Below the pieces are notes generated by a model that worked only from the letters and a program-made list of their open reading frames with translations, was not told where the DNA came from and searched no databases. This document shows, piece by piece, positions 9,096 through 19,040 of a stretch of DNA of 64,000 bases (positions are counted from its first letter, which is position 1; every line of letters starts with the position of its first letter). The position numbers and the translations under genes are program-made. This DNA comes from Patescibacteria group bacterium (GTDB lineage Bacteria > Patescibacteriota > Patescibacteriia > UBA2591 > JAQUPP01), in NCBI GenBank assembly GCA_028716665.1, contig JAQUPP010000001.1:192467-256466 (forward strand), given 5' to 3'.

Positions 9096-9182
9096 GGAGA
9101 GGTGGCTGAGCGGTCGAAAGCGACAGTCTTGAAAACTGTTAGGGCAGTAATGTCCTCGTGGGTTCGAATCCCACCCTCTCCG
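9096..9182 (+). tRNA. tRNA-Ser (anticodon TGA), class II
   Basis: Manual fold: acceptor GGAGAGG/CCTCTCC, anticodon stem ACAGT/ACTGT, loop CTTGAAA, long variable arm, T-loop TTCGAAT. Confidence 0.85.
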
Positions 9183-9273
9183 TACTTCGACAAGCTCAGT
9201 ACTTTTACTTCGAGCCACAGCAGTGGCGAGAAGCGAATTCACCCTCTCCATCAATTTTTGGTATAATTTTTAT

Positions 9274-9723
9274 ATGAAAGAAAAAATCACTCTTCACGCC
9301 AAGTGGCTCATCAAAGCTCCTCTGACAGAGGTGTTTAACATAATAACTGACTTTGAAAAATGGCCTGAGTATTTTCCGAAAGTTGCGGAATCTATACAAG
9401 TCGTAAAGCATGGAGAAAATAATTTGGAAATAAATGCGACTGTCAAATCGTTCGGCCAAAAGTTCCCGGTAAAAATGAAAACTCGGATTCTCCCCGGAAA
9501 GGGATTTATTTCGGATAATGAGAGTCCTAAATTTGGAACTTCCGGTCACGAAGAATTATTGCTCTCTGAATGCCCGGAAGGAACCGTGATTGATTACACT
9601 TATCAAGTTGTTATCCATAAACGCTGGCTCCGTATAGTTGCAGGGCCGTTGATTAGTTGGTTTTCCATGAAATACTGGCAGAAAGCTGTTATAGATGAAT
9701 TAAGAAAAAGGGTTGAGAGATAA
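9274..9723 (+). CDS. SRPBCC (polyketide cyclase/START-like) domain protein
   Basis: The ORF track starts at 9223, inside the tRNA flank, so the likely start is MKEKITL at 9274. The pattern is SRPBCC-like (..VFNIITDFEKWPEYFP..). Confidence 0.5.
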   Translation: MKEKITLHAKWLIKAPLTEVFNIITDFEKWPEYFPKVAESIQVVKHGENNLEINATVKSFGQKFPVKMKTRILPGKGFISDNESPKFGTSGHEELLLSECPEGTVIDYTYQVVIHKRWLRIVAGPLISWFSMKYWQKAVIDELRKRVER

Positions 9724-9912
9724 AATTCTTTTTAATTCTTCTACTATCTTTTTTTCTCACGGCTCTAAACGTGTCCAGTAGTGCGAGAAGCGAATTTCCC
9801 CTTGTTTGTCTAAGAGTAGAGTGATCGGCGACAAACAGCAATCCCATTGTAGAGACTATTCTTTCTGCCGGAAAAAGTTTTGTGGATAGACTGAAGTATT
9901 TTATTTTAAACT

Positions 9913-10800
9913 ATGAAAATTACTAAAAGTATACAAAAGATAAAAGGTAATTCTGTAGATTTTCTAGGACAACTTGAGAAAATTATAGAATGTATTTTGG
10001 TTATTGTAAAAATTAAATTTCAAGATGCTCAAATTTCCTTATTTAGATTGACATTATCTCTACCCTACAAGGATATAAGTTACGAAACTTATAATGAGTT
10101 TAAAAATAATTGGAGAGATATTGATTTTTCTTTACTTGATTATTTTGTTTGTTCTATACATATACAAGAAGGCCCCAAATTATACAAAAACATATTTGAT
10201 TTTGGTTCCACCTTTTTTAAGCATAATCAGTTTGTTGAATTATCTATTGGAGCGGATGAACAAGATTTCTTAGAAAAATTATTTTATAAGGTTACACAAT
10301 CTTTACCCGAATTTAAAATCCTTGAATATGTTCCTGAAAGTGATCAAATTAAAGAAAGAAAAAATATTATTTTAAAAACAATTTTAATATTAAAAAAATT
10401 TAATCGGTATCAATTACGATTAAAAAATTTATTAAAAAATGAAAAAGAACTGCAAAATTTTCTATTTCCAATACTGAAAAGTCATTTTTTAAATCTTGAA
10501 GAAGAACTCAATTTACCAAAATTTGGCACCATTTCATACAAACCAGATTTTGGAATTCCAGATGCTAAATTATTATTAGAATGTAAATATTTAAGAAAAA
10601 AGCAAGATATTAAAAAAATTCAGAAAGAAATTAATGACGATGCTGCTGGTTATTTAGTGACTTCTACTGATTATAAATCACTTATTATTTTTATATATAA
10701 TGAAAAAAATACTCCGATACCTGATAAATTTTCAAAAGATTTAAAAAAAATTTCTGGTATTATTGATGTGATAATAGTTCCAGGCGTGGATCCAAAATAA
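9913..10800 (+). CDS. Hypothetical protein with a C-terminal PD-(D/E)XK nuclease-like motif
   Basis: The ORF is very AT-rich. The C-terminus carries KPDFGIPDAKLLLECKY, a PD-x(n)-E-x-K pattern. Confidence 0.5.
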   Translation: MKITKSIQKIKGNSVDFLGQLEKIIECILVIVKIKFQDAQISLFRLTLSLPYKDISYETYNEFKNNWRDIDFSLLDYFVCSIHIQEGPKLYKNIFDFGSTFFKHNQFVELSIGADEQDFLEKLFYKVTQSLPEFKILEYVPESDQIKERKNIILKTILILKKFNRYQLRLKNLLKNEKELQNFLFPILKSHFLNLEEELNLPKFGTISYKPDFGIPDAKLLLECKYLRKKQDIKKIQKEINDDAAGYLVTSTDYKSLIIFIYNEKNTPIPDKFSKDLKKISGIIDVIIVPGVDPK

Positions 10801-10827
10801 ATTTATTAAAGAGAGCTTAAGAATATT

Positions 10828-11052
10828 ATGTTTGAGAAAATATCAATACTAATAGGCACTATTGTAATAGCAAGTGGAGTTCTAATTGTCTTTTTCGGTG
10901 GGACGTGGGAGGGCGCCAAGATTGGATTAGAAATATTAGGTGTGTTATGGTTGTTACAAACTTCATATGAAGTAATAATTAAAAATCGGGAAGAAAAAAG
11001 AAAAGAGCGAGAGTCCAAAAAGCTTACTGATAAATATTTTAAAGATAATTAA
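10828..11052 (+). CDS. Small membrane protein (74 aa)
   Basis: Single hydrophobic helix followed by a basic tail. Confidence 0.4.
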   Translation: MFEKISILIGTIVIASGVLIVFFGGTWEGAKIGLEILGVLWLLQTSYEVIIKNREEKRKERESKKLTDKYFKDN

Positions 11053-11055
11053 ACC

Positions 11056-11367
11056 ATGAAAAATCAAAAATCAATTTTTATCAGTTTATTGAATGCGATT
11101 GGCGTGGCTGTTTACGTCATCGGCATTTCATTTATTTTGCGAAACGGCGATAAAATATTCAGCAAAATGGATAATTTCTTGGCGCCGGTGGCATTTTTGT
11201 TGCTTTTTGTTTTATCCGCCGCGATTACCGGCATGCTCGTTTTGGGAAAACCGCTTTTGTTGTATTCTGAGAATCGCAAATCCGAAGCGATAAAAATGTT
11301 TTTTTACACCATTGGCTGGCTTTTTCTGATTACATTAATTACGTTTATCGTTCAGATTAAGCATTAA
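11056..11367 (+). CDS. Small integral membrane protein (103 aa)
   Basis: Three predicted hydrophobic helices. Tightly spaced with its neighbours. Confidence 0.45.
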   Translation: MKNQKSIFISLLNAIGVAVYVIGISFILRNGDKIFSKMDNFLAPVAFLLLFVLSAAITGMLVLGKPLLLYSENRKSEAIKMFFYTIGWLFLITLITFIVQIKH

Positions 11368-11374
11368 TTTTTTT

Positions 11375-13246
11375 ATGAATTCAAAAGAAATCAGAGAAAA
11401 ATATTTAAAATTTTTTGAAGAAAAAGGGCATACAATTATATCCTCAGCTTCTTTAATTCCGGAAAATGATCCGACTGCACTTTTTATTTCAGCCGGTATG
11501 CAACCGTTAGTTCCTTATCTTATGGGCGAAAAACATCCCGAAGGGAAAAGACTGGTTGATATTCAGCTTTGTGTTCGCACTGATGATATTGACGAGGTTG
11601 GCGATGAAACTCATCATGCTTTTTTTGAAATGCTCGGTAATTGGTCACTCGGAGATTATTTTAAAGAAGAGGCGATAAAATTTAGTTTTGAATTTTTAAC
11701 AAAAAAAGAGTGGCTTGGTTTGGAAAAAGAAAAATTAGCCATTTCTATTTTTGAAGGAGACGAAGATGCTCCGAAAGATGAGGAATCCAAGAAAGTTTGG
11801 TTAAGTTTGAACATCCCTGAAACAAGAATAAAAGAATTGCCTAAAAAAAATAATTGGTGGGGACCGGCTGGAGAAACTGGACCCTGTGGGCCGGATACGG
11901 AAATGTTCTACTGGGTAGGCAAAGAAGTGGCCCCGAAAGAATTTAATCCAGACGATAAACGATGGGTGGAAATTTGGAACGACGTTTTTATGCAGTATTT
12001 TAAACAAATAAGACTAGAAAAAAAAGAAGAGTATGATAATTTGATATTAAACAACAAAGAAATTCCAGAAAATTTTTACGAATTTATCCCATTAAAACAG
12101 AAAAATGTTGATACAGGTATGGGGTTAGAAAGAACATTGGCAATAATAAACGGATTTGATGATAATTATAAAACTGATGTTTTTGGGCCGATTATTCAAA
12201 AAATTGAGGAATTGTCCGGCAAAAAATATGAAGATAATAAAAAAGAATTCCGTATTATTGCCGATCATCTTAAAGCCGCGACTTTTATTATTGGCGACAA
12301 AAATGGAGTAGAACCCTCAAATCAAAAACAAGGTTATGTAGTACGTCGATTAATTCGTCTAGCCATTGGGTGCGGTCAACGATTAGGCATTAAAGATATT
12401 TTTTGTTTTAAAATCGCCGAAGAAGTGATTAAAATTTATCAAGATGTCTATCCCGATTTGAATAAAAATAAAGATTTAATAATTAATCAATTGGTTAATG
12501 AAGAAAAAAAATTTGGTAAATCAGAAGAGAGAGGGATATCTGTAGCAACGGGTGCTGCACAATCAATACGTGAGATTTATAGTCCAACGGGCGCTCCTGG
12601 TCCAACAAATGGCCCAAATAATAAAATTTCCGGCAAAGTTGCTTTTAATTGGCGTCAAACATACGGGTTATCTATTGATAGAATAAGAGAAATTGCCAAA
12701 AAAGAGGGACTAGAATTAGATGAGGAAGGTCTTAATGAAGAAATTAAAAAACATCAAGAACTTTCGCGCACGGCTTCAGCAGGCATGTTTAAAGGCGGAT
12801 TGGCGGATTCCGGCGAGCAGACGACAAAACTTCATACCGCGGCGCATTTGATGCTGGCGGCTTTAAGGCAGGTTTTGGGAGATCACGTTTTTCAAAAAGG
12901 AAGCAATATCACGGCCGAAAGATTAAGATTTGATTTCTCTCATTCACAAAAAATGACACCGGAAGAAATAAAAAAAGTTGAAGAAATAGTTAATCAAAAA
13001 ATTAAAGAAAATTTGCCCGTGATTTGCGAAGAAATGACTTTGAACGAGGCAAAAGAAAAAGGTGCCATGGGAGTTTTTGAAAGTAAATATGGAGAAAAAG
13101 TAAAAGTTTACAGCATCAATAATTTTTCAAAAGAGATTTGTGGCGGACCACATGCCAAAAATACTCAAGAACTCGGCAGTTTTAAAATTATCAAAGAAGA
13201 AGCAAGCAGCGCCGGAGTCAGAAGAATCAAAGCAGTTATAGAATAA
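11375..13246 (+). CDS. alaS: Alanyl-tRNA synthetase, short form lacking the C-Ala domain
   Basis: The N-terminus LKFFEEKGHTIISSASLIPENDPTALFISAGMQP matches the AlaRS catalytic core. The editing domain HxxxH...CGGPH is present. Length is 623 aa. Confidence 0.9.
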   Translation: MNSKEIREKYLKFFEEKGHTIISSASLIPENDPTALFISAGMQPLVPYLMGEKHPEGKRLVDIQLCVRTDDIDEVGDETHHAFFEMLGNWSLGDYFKEEAIKFSFEFLTKKEWLGLEKEKLAISIFEGDEDAPKDEESKKVWLSLNIPETRIKELPKKNNWWGPAGETGPCGPDTEMFYWVGKEVAPKEFNPDDKRWVEIWNDVFMQYFKQIRLEKKEEYDNLILNNKEIPENFYEFIPLKQKNVDTGMGLERTLAIINGFDDNYKTDVFGPIIQKIEELSGKKYEDNKKEFRIIADHLKAATFIIGDKNGVEPSNQKQGYVVRRLIRLAIGCGQRLGIKDIFCFKIAEEVIKIYQDVYPDLNKNKDLIINQLVNEEKKFGKSEERGISVATGAAQSIREIYSPTGAPGPTNGPNNKISGKVAFNWRQTYGLSIDRIREIAKKEGLELDEEGLNEEIKKHQELSRTASAGMFKGGLADSGEQTTKLHTAAHLMLAALRQVLGDHVFQKGSNITAERLRFDFSHSQKMTPEEIKKVEEIVNQKIKENLPVICEEMTLNEAKEKGAMGVFESKYGEKVKVYSINNFSKEICGGPHAKNTQELGSFKIIKEEASSAGVRRIKAVIE

Positions 13247-13417
13247 CAAGCAGCACATTGTTTTTACAAATTTGTTAAACTGAAATTAAATAAAAGGTTT
13301 TTCAAATTCAAAAGCCTTTTATTGCCAAGCAAGTGAGGGAAGAGAAAATTTATTTTCTTTTCCGAGCGAGCGCAGGCAAAAAAGGGTCTAGTACCCTTTA
13401 TTTGTTAAAAATATATT

Positions 13418-15232
13418 ATGTTAAAAATCAGAAACATCGCAATTATCGCCCACGTTGACCACGGTAAAACCACGCTCGTGGATGCTTTATTGCGCCAATC
13501 AAAAACTCATTTGAACAAAGAAATCGCTCAATCGGAATTGATTATGGACAGCAATGATTTGGAACGCGAAAGAGGCATTACGATTTTTTCCAAAAATGCT
13601 TCCGTGGTTTGGAAAGATATTAAAATCAATATCATAGACACTCCGGGTCATGCTGATTTCGGCGGAGAAGTGGAACGCGTTTTAAATATGGCTGACGGCT
13701 GTCTGCTTTTGGTTGACGCCAAAGAAGGACCAATGCCTCAGACCAGATTTGTTTTGAAAAAAGCGCTGGAAATCGGACATAAAATAATCGTGGTGATTAA
13801 TAAAATTGACAAGCCGGATGCCAGAATTGATTATGTGGTGGAAAAAACCATGGAATTATTTTTGGAATTGGGCGCTGATGATCAGGGTTTGAATTTTCCG
13901 ATTGTTTACGCTTCGGCAAAAAACGGTTTAGCCGGTTTGGATCCGGAACTTGAAAAAATGAAAAATATTGAACCGATTTTTGAATCCATTGTTCAACATA
14001 TTCCGTCGCCGATTGTTGAAGAAAACAAGCCGTTGCAGATATTAATTTCAAATATTACGGCTGACGAATTTAAGGGCAGAATTGCGATAGGGAGAATTCA
14101 TAATGGCACCATAAAAGCGGGACAGGATATTATGCACATCAATCGCCAAGGAGAACATAAAAAATATCGCTTGAATTCTTTAATGATTTTCAGCGGTTTG
14201 AGTCGTGTGGAAGCGGAAGAAGTTAACGCCGGCGACATTGTCGCTTTGGCCGGTATTCCGGAAGTAACCATTGGCGAAACGATTGCCGATCCGGAAGATT
14301 CTCAGGCCTTGCCTTTGTTAAAAATTGACGAACCGACGGTTAAAATGACTTTTATGATCAATGATTCGCCTTTTGCCGGAAAAGAGGGCAAATATTGCAC
14401 TTCCAGGCAGATTAGAGCGCGTTTATTCAAGGAATTGGAGACAGATATGGCCTTGCGCGTTGAGGACACTTCTGACGGCAAATGGGTTGTTTCCGGCCGC
14501 GGCGAGCTTCATTTGGCAATTTTGATTGAACGGTTAAGACGCGAGAGTTATGAAATGCAAGTTTCCCGTCCACAAGTAATTAATAAAAAAATTAATGGGC
14601 AAGAAGTTACGCCTTTTGAAAGATTATTTATTGAAGTGCCGGAAGTCAGCCAAGGAGTTGTCATTCAAAAATTAGGCGGCCGCAAAGGCATGCTTAAAGA
14701 AATGAACATAGTTGATAAAATCGTCTATTTGGAATATTTAATTCCAACACGCGGACTTTTCGGTTATCGTTCGGAATTTTTAACCGACACGCGCGGCATG
14801 GGAATTATCAATACGACTTTTTATGATTATTTGCCTGATCCGGGAAATTGGAAAGAAAAAGAACAGGGTTCTTTGGTTGCTCATGAAACCGGCGTGACGA
14901 ATTCATACGGATTGCTCAATGTTCAAGATCGCGGAATTTTATTTTACGGTCCGGCGATTCAAGTTTATCAAGGCGAAGTGGTCGGTCAAAATTCGCGGCC
15001 GGGTGATATTTGGATTAATGTTTGTAAAACAAAAAAATTATCGAACATGCGTTCCAGGGGAGATGGAATTACTGAACATTTTAATACCCCGAAAATAATG
15101 GACTTGGAAGATGCTTTGGAATATATCGGCGACGACGAATTGGTGGAAATTACGCCGGCAAACGTTCGTATCAGAAAAACTTGTTTGAGCGAATTGGAAT
15201 CTAAGCGCACTGCCCGCCACAACAAATCTTAA
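13418..15232 (+). CDS. typA: Translational GTPase TypA/BipA
   Basis: IRNIAIIAHVDHGKTTLVDALL G1 motif, DTPGHADF G3 motif and NKID G4 motif. Length is 604 aa. Confidence 0.9.
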   Translation: MLKIRNIAIIAHVDHGKTTLVDALLRQSKTHLNKEIAQSELIMDSNDLERERGITIFSKNASVVWKDIKINIIDTPGHADFGGEVERVLNMADGCLLLVDAKEGPMPQTRFVLKKALEIGHKIIVVINKIDKPDARIDYVVEKTMELFLELGADDQGLNFPIVYASAKNGLAGLDPELEKMKNIEPIFESIVQHIPSPIVEENKPLQILISNITADEFKGRIAIGRIHNGTIKAGQDIMHINRQGEHKKYRLNSLMIFSGLSRVEAEEVNAGDIVALAGIPEVTIGETIADPEDSQALPLLKIDEPTVKMTFMINDSPFAGKEGKYCTSRQIRARLFKELETDMALRVEDTSDGKWVVSGRGELHLAILIERLRRESYEMQVSRPQVINKKINGQEVTPFERLFIEVPEVSQGVVIQKLGGRKGMLKEMNIVDKIVYLEYLIPTRGLFGYRSEFLTDTRGMGIINTTFYDYLPDPGNWKEKEQGSLVAHETGVTNSYGLLNVQDRGILFYGPAIQVYQGEVVGQNSRPGDIWINVCKTKKLSNMRSRGDGITEHFNTPKIMDLEDALEYIGDDELVEITPANVRIRKTCLSELESKRTARHNKS

Positions 15233-15257
15233 TAATTTCTGTATTTAAAAAAATTAT

Positions 15258-15288
15258 TCGCCTTTTCGGGCGAATAATTTTTTTGTTA
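15258..15288. terminator. Bidirectional terminator
   Basis: aattattcgccttttcgggcgaataatttttt. Confidence 0.6.
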
Positions 15289-15296
15289 GATTAAAT

Positions 15297-15749
15297 TTAA
15301 AGTGAAAAATCCAATTTATCACCAATATTCAATCCAATTTGGTTAGTTGCTCCGCCCTTAATTTCCAAAACATAAAGTGATTTTTGTTCAGTGCCGTAAT
15401 TTGGGCAGGGATCTTTCTCACAAATCGGCGTATTTTTTGAAATAAATATGACTTGCTTGTTTTCATCAAGCCAAATGATATCCAGTGGTTCCAGAGTGTT
15501 TTTCATCCAAAATTTATCACTTACCGGAGTTTTAAAAACAAAAAGCATGCCGCCATTTTTTTTAAGATGCTGATTCATCAATCCTTTGGCCATTTCAGGC
15601 GGCGTTCTGGCAATAACTGTTTGGAAACAATTATCTTTAAAACAGACCTTGGTTGATTCGGGATGAGATGAAAATTTGATTAAAATAATAATTAAAATCA
15701 GTAAAATTATTACACAAATCAGCCATAAAATTTTTTTATTTTTTATCAT
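15297..15749 (-). CDS. DUF192-like secreted protein
   Basis: N-terminal signal/TM segment, plus the pattern MLFVF...PLDIIWLDEN...YVLEIKGG typical of DUF192 (COG1430). Confidence 0.55.
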   Translation of the reverse strand: MIKNKKILWLICVIILLILIIILIKFSSHPESTKVCFKDNCFQTVIARTPPEMAKGLMNQHLKKNGGMLFVFKTPVSDKFWMKNTLEPLDIIWLDENKQVIFISKNTPICEKDPCPNYGTEQKSLYVLEIKGGATNQIGLNIGDKLDFSL

Positions 15750-15835
15750 ATTAAGAGGGGCTGGATTTTTAAACGATTATCTATTATAATAATTATATAA
15801 TAACATAAGGAGCAAATAAGACAAATAATAAAAAT

Positions 15836-18085
15836 ATGCCGGAGAAAACCAAAAAAATAGACATTGTTATTGAGATCCTTTGGTTGGCGATTATTTTTTT
15901 TATTCCTGTTTATCTTGATCAGGGATTATATAATGTTTTTGAAGTTGCCAAAAATGTTTTATTTCAAAATTTGACGGAAATTTTATTATTTGTTTATCTT
16001 GTAAAATTTATTCTTTTTTATCGGGAAAATATTAAAATTTTCCGCCAAAGAATAAAATATTTTATTCCGGCCGGTATTTTTATCGCCATTTTGGGCGTTT
16101 CCACGATTTTTTCTCAAGTGCCCTGGTTCAGTTTTTGGGGATCTTGGGAGCGGAGAATGGGTTATTTGACCTGGCTCCATTTTTTTGTTTTCGGGCTGCT
16201 TTTGCTTCTGAATATTAGAAAAAGAAATCAAATTTATCGGATTTTAGCGGCCATTTTGGCTTCTTCTTTTTTCGTCGGCATCTATGGCGCCATGCAATTT
16301 AAAGGATTGGACATATTCAAATGGACTTATGATCCGTTTGTCATGGGGCGGATTTTTTCCAGCATCGGTCAGCCGAATTTTTTGGGTTCTTGGTTGCTCC
16401 TGGTCATACCGTTGGTTATTTTTGGTTTAATAAACAAAAAATCATTAATCAAATATTTTTCATTCTTTTTATTAATTTTGCTTTTTTTAAATCTTCTTTG
16501 GACCAAATCGCGCGGGGCCTGGCTTGGCGCCTTAGTCATGATTGTTTTCATGGGTATTTTATTTTTCTGGCGCCGAGATAAAAAGAAGATTATTTTTCCC
16601 GCGATTTTTTTGTTCATAATAATTTCATTGTTATTTATCGCTCCGCATTTTAATATTTCAAAAGATAAATTGGCCGCAAATCCGCTTTTAACCCGTTTAA
16701 TGAGCTTAACTGATTTGAAAGAAGCCGGGCAATATCGCTTGATGCATTGGCAGGCAAGCGCGGATTTGATTAAAGACAAGCCGATTTTGGGATATGGCTT
16801 GGGTGGCCAGCGGTTTAATTTCCCTAAATATTATCAGCCAATATTCGCCGTTTACGAAAAACCTAATATTTATCTTGATTATGCTCATAATGATATTTTG
16901 GACACGCTTTTAATTTCAGGTTTTTTAGGTTTGGCGAGTTATTTATTTTTGATTGGTAGTGTATTTTGGTTTGGGCTAAGATATCTATTTAAAAATCCGA
17001 AATCCGAAATCCGAAATCCGAAACAAATTCCAAATTCTAAATTCCTAATTCTTTGTCTTTTGAGCGGACTTTTCGGTTATTTGGCCTCCATTCAATTTTC
17101 ATTTCATGTAATGTCCACTTTGCTTTATTTTTGGCTTTTCATGGTTTTGGTGATTATTTTATCAAATAATTTGACTGACTCGGAAAATAATTTAATTTCA
17201 AAAGAAAAACCGGAAGAATTTTTAACCCCGCTTAAAAGCTTGATGATTCTTTTTGTCTTAAGTTTAATTTTTTTATGTTCATGGCAATTCAATTTTAAAT
17301 TATATTTATCCAGCCATTATTTTTTAAATGCCCAAAAGGCAAAAGCAATGGGTGATTGGCAGGAAATGATTCAAGAAAACGAAAGAGCGATACAATTTAA
17401 TCCGAATAATCCTTATTTTCATCAAGAATTCGCTTTAAGTTTGTATCAAGCCGGTTTTTCATCTTCAACAAAAAAACTTGATTGGTTGGAAACAGGTATA
17501 GAAAATATTGAAATGATTCCTCAAAAAATCAGGCCGATTGAAGCGATTATTTGGCTAAGTTGGTTAAAAAGCGAGAAGGCCAATTTGACTAAAAATCAAA
17601 ATGATTTTCAAGCCGCGGAAAAAGCTTTTCAAGATTCGGCGGATTTTACCCCCGGCACGGCTCTTGTTTACAATCATTGGTGTGATTTGAAGGTTTATGA
17701 AGAAAATTGGGATCAAGCCGTTAAAATGTGCGAGAAAGCCATTTCTTTATATCCTGACCTCAACCACCCGTCTTTAAACGAAGAGCACTATCGCGATGTT
17801 GTTAATGAAATGACGCCGGTTTATCTTAATTTGGGATTTGTTTACAGAAAAATAGGCAACCCCCAAAAGGCAATTGACTATTATCAAAAATCAGCATATC
17901 CTATATTAAAGGGTTTTACTCCTCCTTATCCGAATGCTTTAAAAGTTATTTATCAAGAAATAATCACTACTTATCAATCAATGGGGCAAATTGACTCGGC
18001 GATTTATTGGGCTCAACATTTTCAAGTTCTCTGGCCTGATGATCCCAATTCTAACTTTATTTTAAATTCATTACAGCAAAAATAA
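15836..18085 (+). CDS. O-antigen ligase (Wzy_C)-like polytopic membrane protein with a C-terminal TPR-like region
   Basis: At least ten hydrophobic helices. WTKSRGAWLGALV is a typical O-antigen ligase loop. TPR-like repeats occur after aa ~480. Confidence 0.7.
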   Translation: MPEKTKKIDIVIEILWLAIIFFIPVYLDQGLYNVFEVAKNVLFQNLTEILLFVYLVKFILFYRENIKIFRQRIKYFIPAGIFIAILGVSTIFSQVPWFSFWGSWERRMGYLTWLHFFVFGLLLLLNIRKRNQIYRILAAILASSFFVGIYGAMQFKGLDIFKWTYDPFVMGRIFSSIGQPNFLGSWLLLVIPLVIFGLINKKSLIKYFSFFLLILLFLNLLWTKSRGAWLGALVMIVFMGILFFWRRDKKKIIFPAIFLFIIISLLFIAPHFNISKDKLAANPLLTRLMSLTDLKEAGQYRLMHWQASADLIKDKPILGYGLGGQRFNFPKYYQPIFAVYEKPNIYLDYAHNDILDTLLISGFLGLASYLFLIGSVFWFGLRYLFKNPKSEIRNPKQIPNSKFLILCLLSGLFGYLASIQFSFHVMSTLLYFWLFMVLVIILSNNLTDSENNLISKEKPEEFLTPLKSLMILFVLSLIFLCSWQFNFKLYLSSHYFLNAQKAKAMGDWQEMIQENERAIQFNPNNPYFHQEFALSLYQAGFSSSTKKLDWLETGIENIEMIPQKIRPIEAIIWLSWLKSEKANLTKNQNDFQAAEKAFQDSADFTPGTALVYNHWCDLKVYEENWDQAVKMCEKAISLYPDLNHPSLNEEHYRDVVNEMTPVYLNLGFVYRKIGNPQKAIDYYQKSAYPILKGFTPPYPNALKVIYQEIITTYQSMGQIDSAIYWAQHFQVLWPDDPNSNFILNSLQQK

Positions 18086-18086
18086 T

Positions 18087-18590
18087 ATGATGCAAGAAAA
18101 TAAAAATCAAAATATTGATCATGGTAAAAATTTTTTAAGCTGGCAGTTTCCCGAATATACCAAATATGAACGGGAAAAATCATGGTATGTAATTGTCGGT
18201 TTGATTTCTTTGGGGATTATTATTTATTCCATAGTAACAGTCAACTTTCTTTTTGTTGTTTTATTGATTTTGTTCATGACGATTATTACTTTGCATAATC
18301 GCCGCGAGCCGATGGATGTTTTATGCGATATTTTTGAAGATGGCATGGCAGTCGGCAGCCGATTTTATGAATGGTCTGATATAAAAAATTTCAGGATTGT
18401 TTATCAGCCGCCGGATGTTAAGAAACTTTATATTGATTTAAAAAATAATCTCTTGCAGGATTTTTCCATTCCTTTGGATGACCAAAATCCGTTAATGGTC
18501 CGTGATATTTTGAAAAAATATTTAAAAGAAGATTTGACTAAAACTGAAGAAACTTTGACTGATCGCTTGAATCGCTGGCTGAAAATTTAG
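18087..18590 (+). CDS. Hypothetical membrane protein (167 aa)
   Basis: ORF translationally abutting the upstream gene. Contains a TM hairpin. Confidence 0.5.
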   Translation: MMQENKNQNIDHGKNFLSWQFPEYTKYEREKSWYVIVGLISLGIIIYSIVTVNFLFVVLLILFMTIITLHNRREPMDVLCDIFEDGMAVGSRFYEWSDIKNFRIVYQPPDVKKLYIDLKNNLLQDFSIPLDDQNPLMVRDILKKYLKEDLTKTEETLTDRLNRWLKI

Positions 18591-18676
18591 AATTTTTTTG
18601 CCCCTGTAGCTCAACTCCGACGCCTTGAAGGGTCGGAGTCCCGACCGAAGCGTCGGGGCGGATAGAAAAATTTATT

Positions 18677-18940
18677 ATGAAAGGTTACGTTTATATTTTA
18701 AAAGATAAAATAAATAAATTTTATATTGGCAGTACGTCGGATATTAAGAGAAGATTACAACAACATAGCGCTGGACATACTCAAACTACGAGAAATATGA
18801 TTCATCCGATATTGGTTTTATCTCAAGAATACGAAACTTTAAGTATCGCCAGAAAAATAGAGAAAAAAATAAAAAATTTAAAAAGAAAGGACTATATTAT
18901 AAAAATGGTAGCCGATGGCTGTATAAAAATGAAAGCCTAG
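18677..18940 (+). CDS. GIY-YIG domain endonuclease (87 aa)
   Basis: MKGYVYILKDKINKFYIGSTSDIKRRLQQH matches the GIY-YIG signature. Confidence 0.75.
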   Translation: MKGYVYILKDKINKFYIGSTSDIKRRLQQHSAGHTQTTRNMIHPILVLSQEYETLSIARKIEKKIKNLKRKDYIIKMVADGCIKMKA

Positions 18941-19040
18941 AATTTGCCCCTGTAGCTCAATACCGACGCCTTGAGGGGTCGGTATCTCGACCTCCAATAA
19001 AAATGGAGCGTCGGGACGGATAGAAAAATTTTGTTCTTTT

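Noticed and set aside
8972-9254. Minus-strand ORFs 8972..9193 and 9060..9254 (73 and 64 aa)
   Set aside because: They overlap tRNA-Ser(TGA) and the GIY-YIG gene in antisense. No RBS is present. They are spurious.
11093-11293. 66-aa ORF overlapping the membrane-protein gene 11056..11367
   Set aside because: It is out of frame within a gene that has a clear hydrophobic-helix periodicity.
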